Origin: Chrysochromulina tobinii
Taxonomy: Eukaryota
Reading direction: 5' to 3'
Length of the DNA stretch: 37,669 bases
Assembly (NCBI GenBank): GCA_001275005.1
Contig: JWZX01003406.1
Span: 1-37,669 of the forward strand
In this document: positions 36,530 to 37,669 of the stretch, in pieces
Layout: each line of letters begins with the position of its first letter
Position numbering within the stretch: position 1 is the first letter of the stretch
Notes under the pieces: model-generated
The model's database searches: none
Seen by the model: the letters and a program-made list of their open reading frames with translations, nothing else
Told to the model about the DNA's origin: nothing
Translations under genes and position numbers: made by a program

Positions 36530-37507
36530 ATGCCGGAGCTCGTCACGCCTGAGCTCACGCTCGTTCGCGTTGCTGATAAAGAGGTGCTGAACGAGTACGC
36601 CACGGCTCGCACAGCTGCCGGGGCTAGCGTGGACAGACACCTTAAGGCAAATCTGTCGCAGCTGTTGGGTTTTGACCAGGTTGGAAATGATCGAAAGAAA
36701 AGATGGGAAGCTTCAGATGGGACACGCGGCACATTCTACAATCTGGCAGACGTCTCGTGGTTTTATCACGCAGACATTCAAGAGGCGATCCCGCTCTTCG
36801 GCACGGCTGCTGCGAAGCACAGACAGCTTAAGCTCCAGCATGGCATCACAGATGGTGTTGACGTGTTCAAGCAGGTCGTTGAAGGCAAGCGCTCTTCCAG
36901 AGAAGGATGGTTTTGTGGTCAGCCGCCCCCAGCGCTAGCCACGCTACCTGATGGTGCTAGTATCATTGGACTCGCCGCTGCGCGGAATCATGGGGCGGCA
37001 GGCACCGTGCTGCCAGACGCGCCACCCGTGCTGCCAGACGCTCAAGAGCGGGACTCCACCATAGCCTCAGACGAGGAGGAGTGCGAGGCTTGCGAGGCGG
37101 ATGAGGGTTGCGATGAGGGCAATACGGAGGTCGAGTCGGAGCCAGAGGAGCCAGAGGAGGTGGAGCCAGAGGAGGCGGAGGTGGAGCGGCTGGAGGCGGC
37201 CTCCGACAGCGAGGCGGAGGAGGATGGCGCGGGCGATCTCGTATTCGAGTTCGACGAGAATGGCGGTCGGATTCGGCCAGAGGAGGAGGCGGCGCACATG
37301 GCGGAGGAGGAGGCAGAGATGGAGACGCGCGGCGCTGTTGTCGAGCAGCCATCAGCAAGCCGCAGCAGCCGCCGCCGCTCCCGTCAGGTCCAGATCCTGC
37401 AGCAGGCGGCCGGACAGGAGCATACTACACAGGGCGAGACGCGCACCGAGCAGCAGGGGCAGCGTGCTCAGGGCATTTTTACAGCGCAGAAGTACTTTTG
37501 GATGTAG
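36530..37507 (+). CDS. Hypothetical protein with a globular N-terminal part and an acidic Glu-rich tail; possibly element-derived
   Basis: 325-aa ATG-TAG ORF. The 5' half has visibly lower GC and more T/A-ending codons than neighbouring genes. Contains a VVEGKRSSREGWFC motif and is flanked by direct repeats. Confidence 0.65.
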   Translation: MPELVTPELTLVRVADKEVLNEYATARTAAGASVDRHLKANLSQLLGFDQVGNDRKKRWEASDGTRGTFYNLADVSWFYHADIQEAIPLFGTAAAKHRQLKLQHGITDGVDVFKQVVEGKRSSREGWFCGQPPPALATLPDGASIIGLAAARNHGAAGTVLPDAPPVLPDAQERDSTIASDEEECEACEADEGCDEGNTEVESEPEEPEEVEPEEAEVERLEAASDSEAEEDGAGDLVFEFDENGGRIRPEEEAAHMAEEEAEMETRGAVVEQPSASRSSRRRSRQVQILQQAAGQEHTTQGETRTEQQGQRAQGIFTAQKYFWM

Positions 37508-37555
37508 AGCGTTTCTGAGGTCAGGTCTAGCACCCACCACTGCGCGAAAGACATG
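37507..37555 (+). repeat. Direct repeat, copy 2 (21-bp exact core at 37514-37534)
   Basis: Matches 36313-36361 and begins at the ORF stop codon. Confidence 0.85.
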
Positions 37556-37669
37556 GTGCCACTTATCTTCGATTCCAGTAGCCGGCGGTAACTTGATTTG
37601 CGGATACGCGTCACCACCCCCCTCTTCCGCCCAGATCCCCCTAAATTCCGTAAATCCGTAAAAAGTTTA

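Noticed and set aside
36313..37555. CRISPR array or LTR retrotransposon
   Set aside because: Only two repeat copies 1.2 kb apart, no spacer array, no TG...CA ends and no gag/pol similarity.

Overview
Eukaryotic, GC-rich and gene-dense nuclear DNA with almost no introns. It is probably from a haptophyte alga (inferred from the Chrysochromulina-type 'QTTADFSNQNLKPPDAILLASDL' LRR family, the composition and the intron scarcity). About 15 protein-coding loci are present: SANT+bromodomain protein, VPS51 (one GT-AG intron), ATG7 (split by one extra C in a homopolymer), a decayed pseudokinase-RING-ankyrin-LRR chimera, a Pro-rich membrane protein, a Bax inhibitor-1/GHITM-like protein, an S41 (CtpA-like) protease, a GT77 XEG113-like glycosyltransferase, a prolyl-4-hydroxylase-like protein, an ArfGAP-like protein, a FAM166-like protein, a large coiled-coil protein, a myosin with EF-hands in its tail, a TPR-JmjC protein and two hypothetical proteins. 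No rRNA, tRNA, CRISPR array or intact transposon was recognised. Most notable: (1) sharply CpA/TpG-depleted, TpA/CpG-rich patches downstream of gene 3' ends, whereas 5' flanks are TG-rich and three share a CCGG..CCGGTGTCTT motif; (2) a myosin with a built-in calmodulin-like tail module; (3) a modular LRR chimera with variable surface residues; (4) two in-frame TGA codons at Cys-like positions; (5) a lower-GC ORF bracketed by direct repeats. All calls were made by eye, with no database searches.
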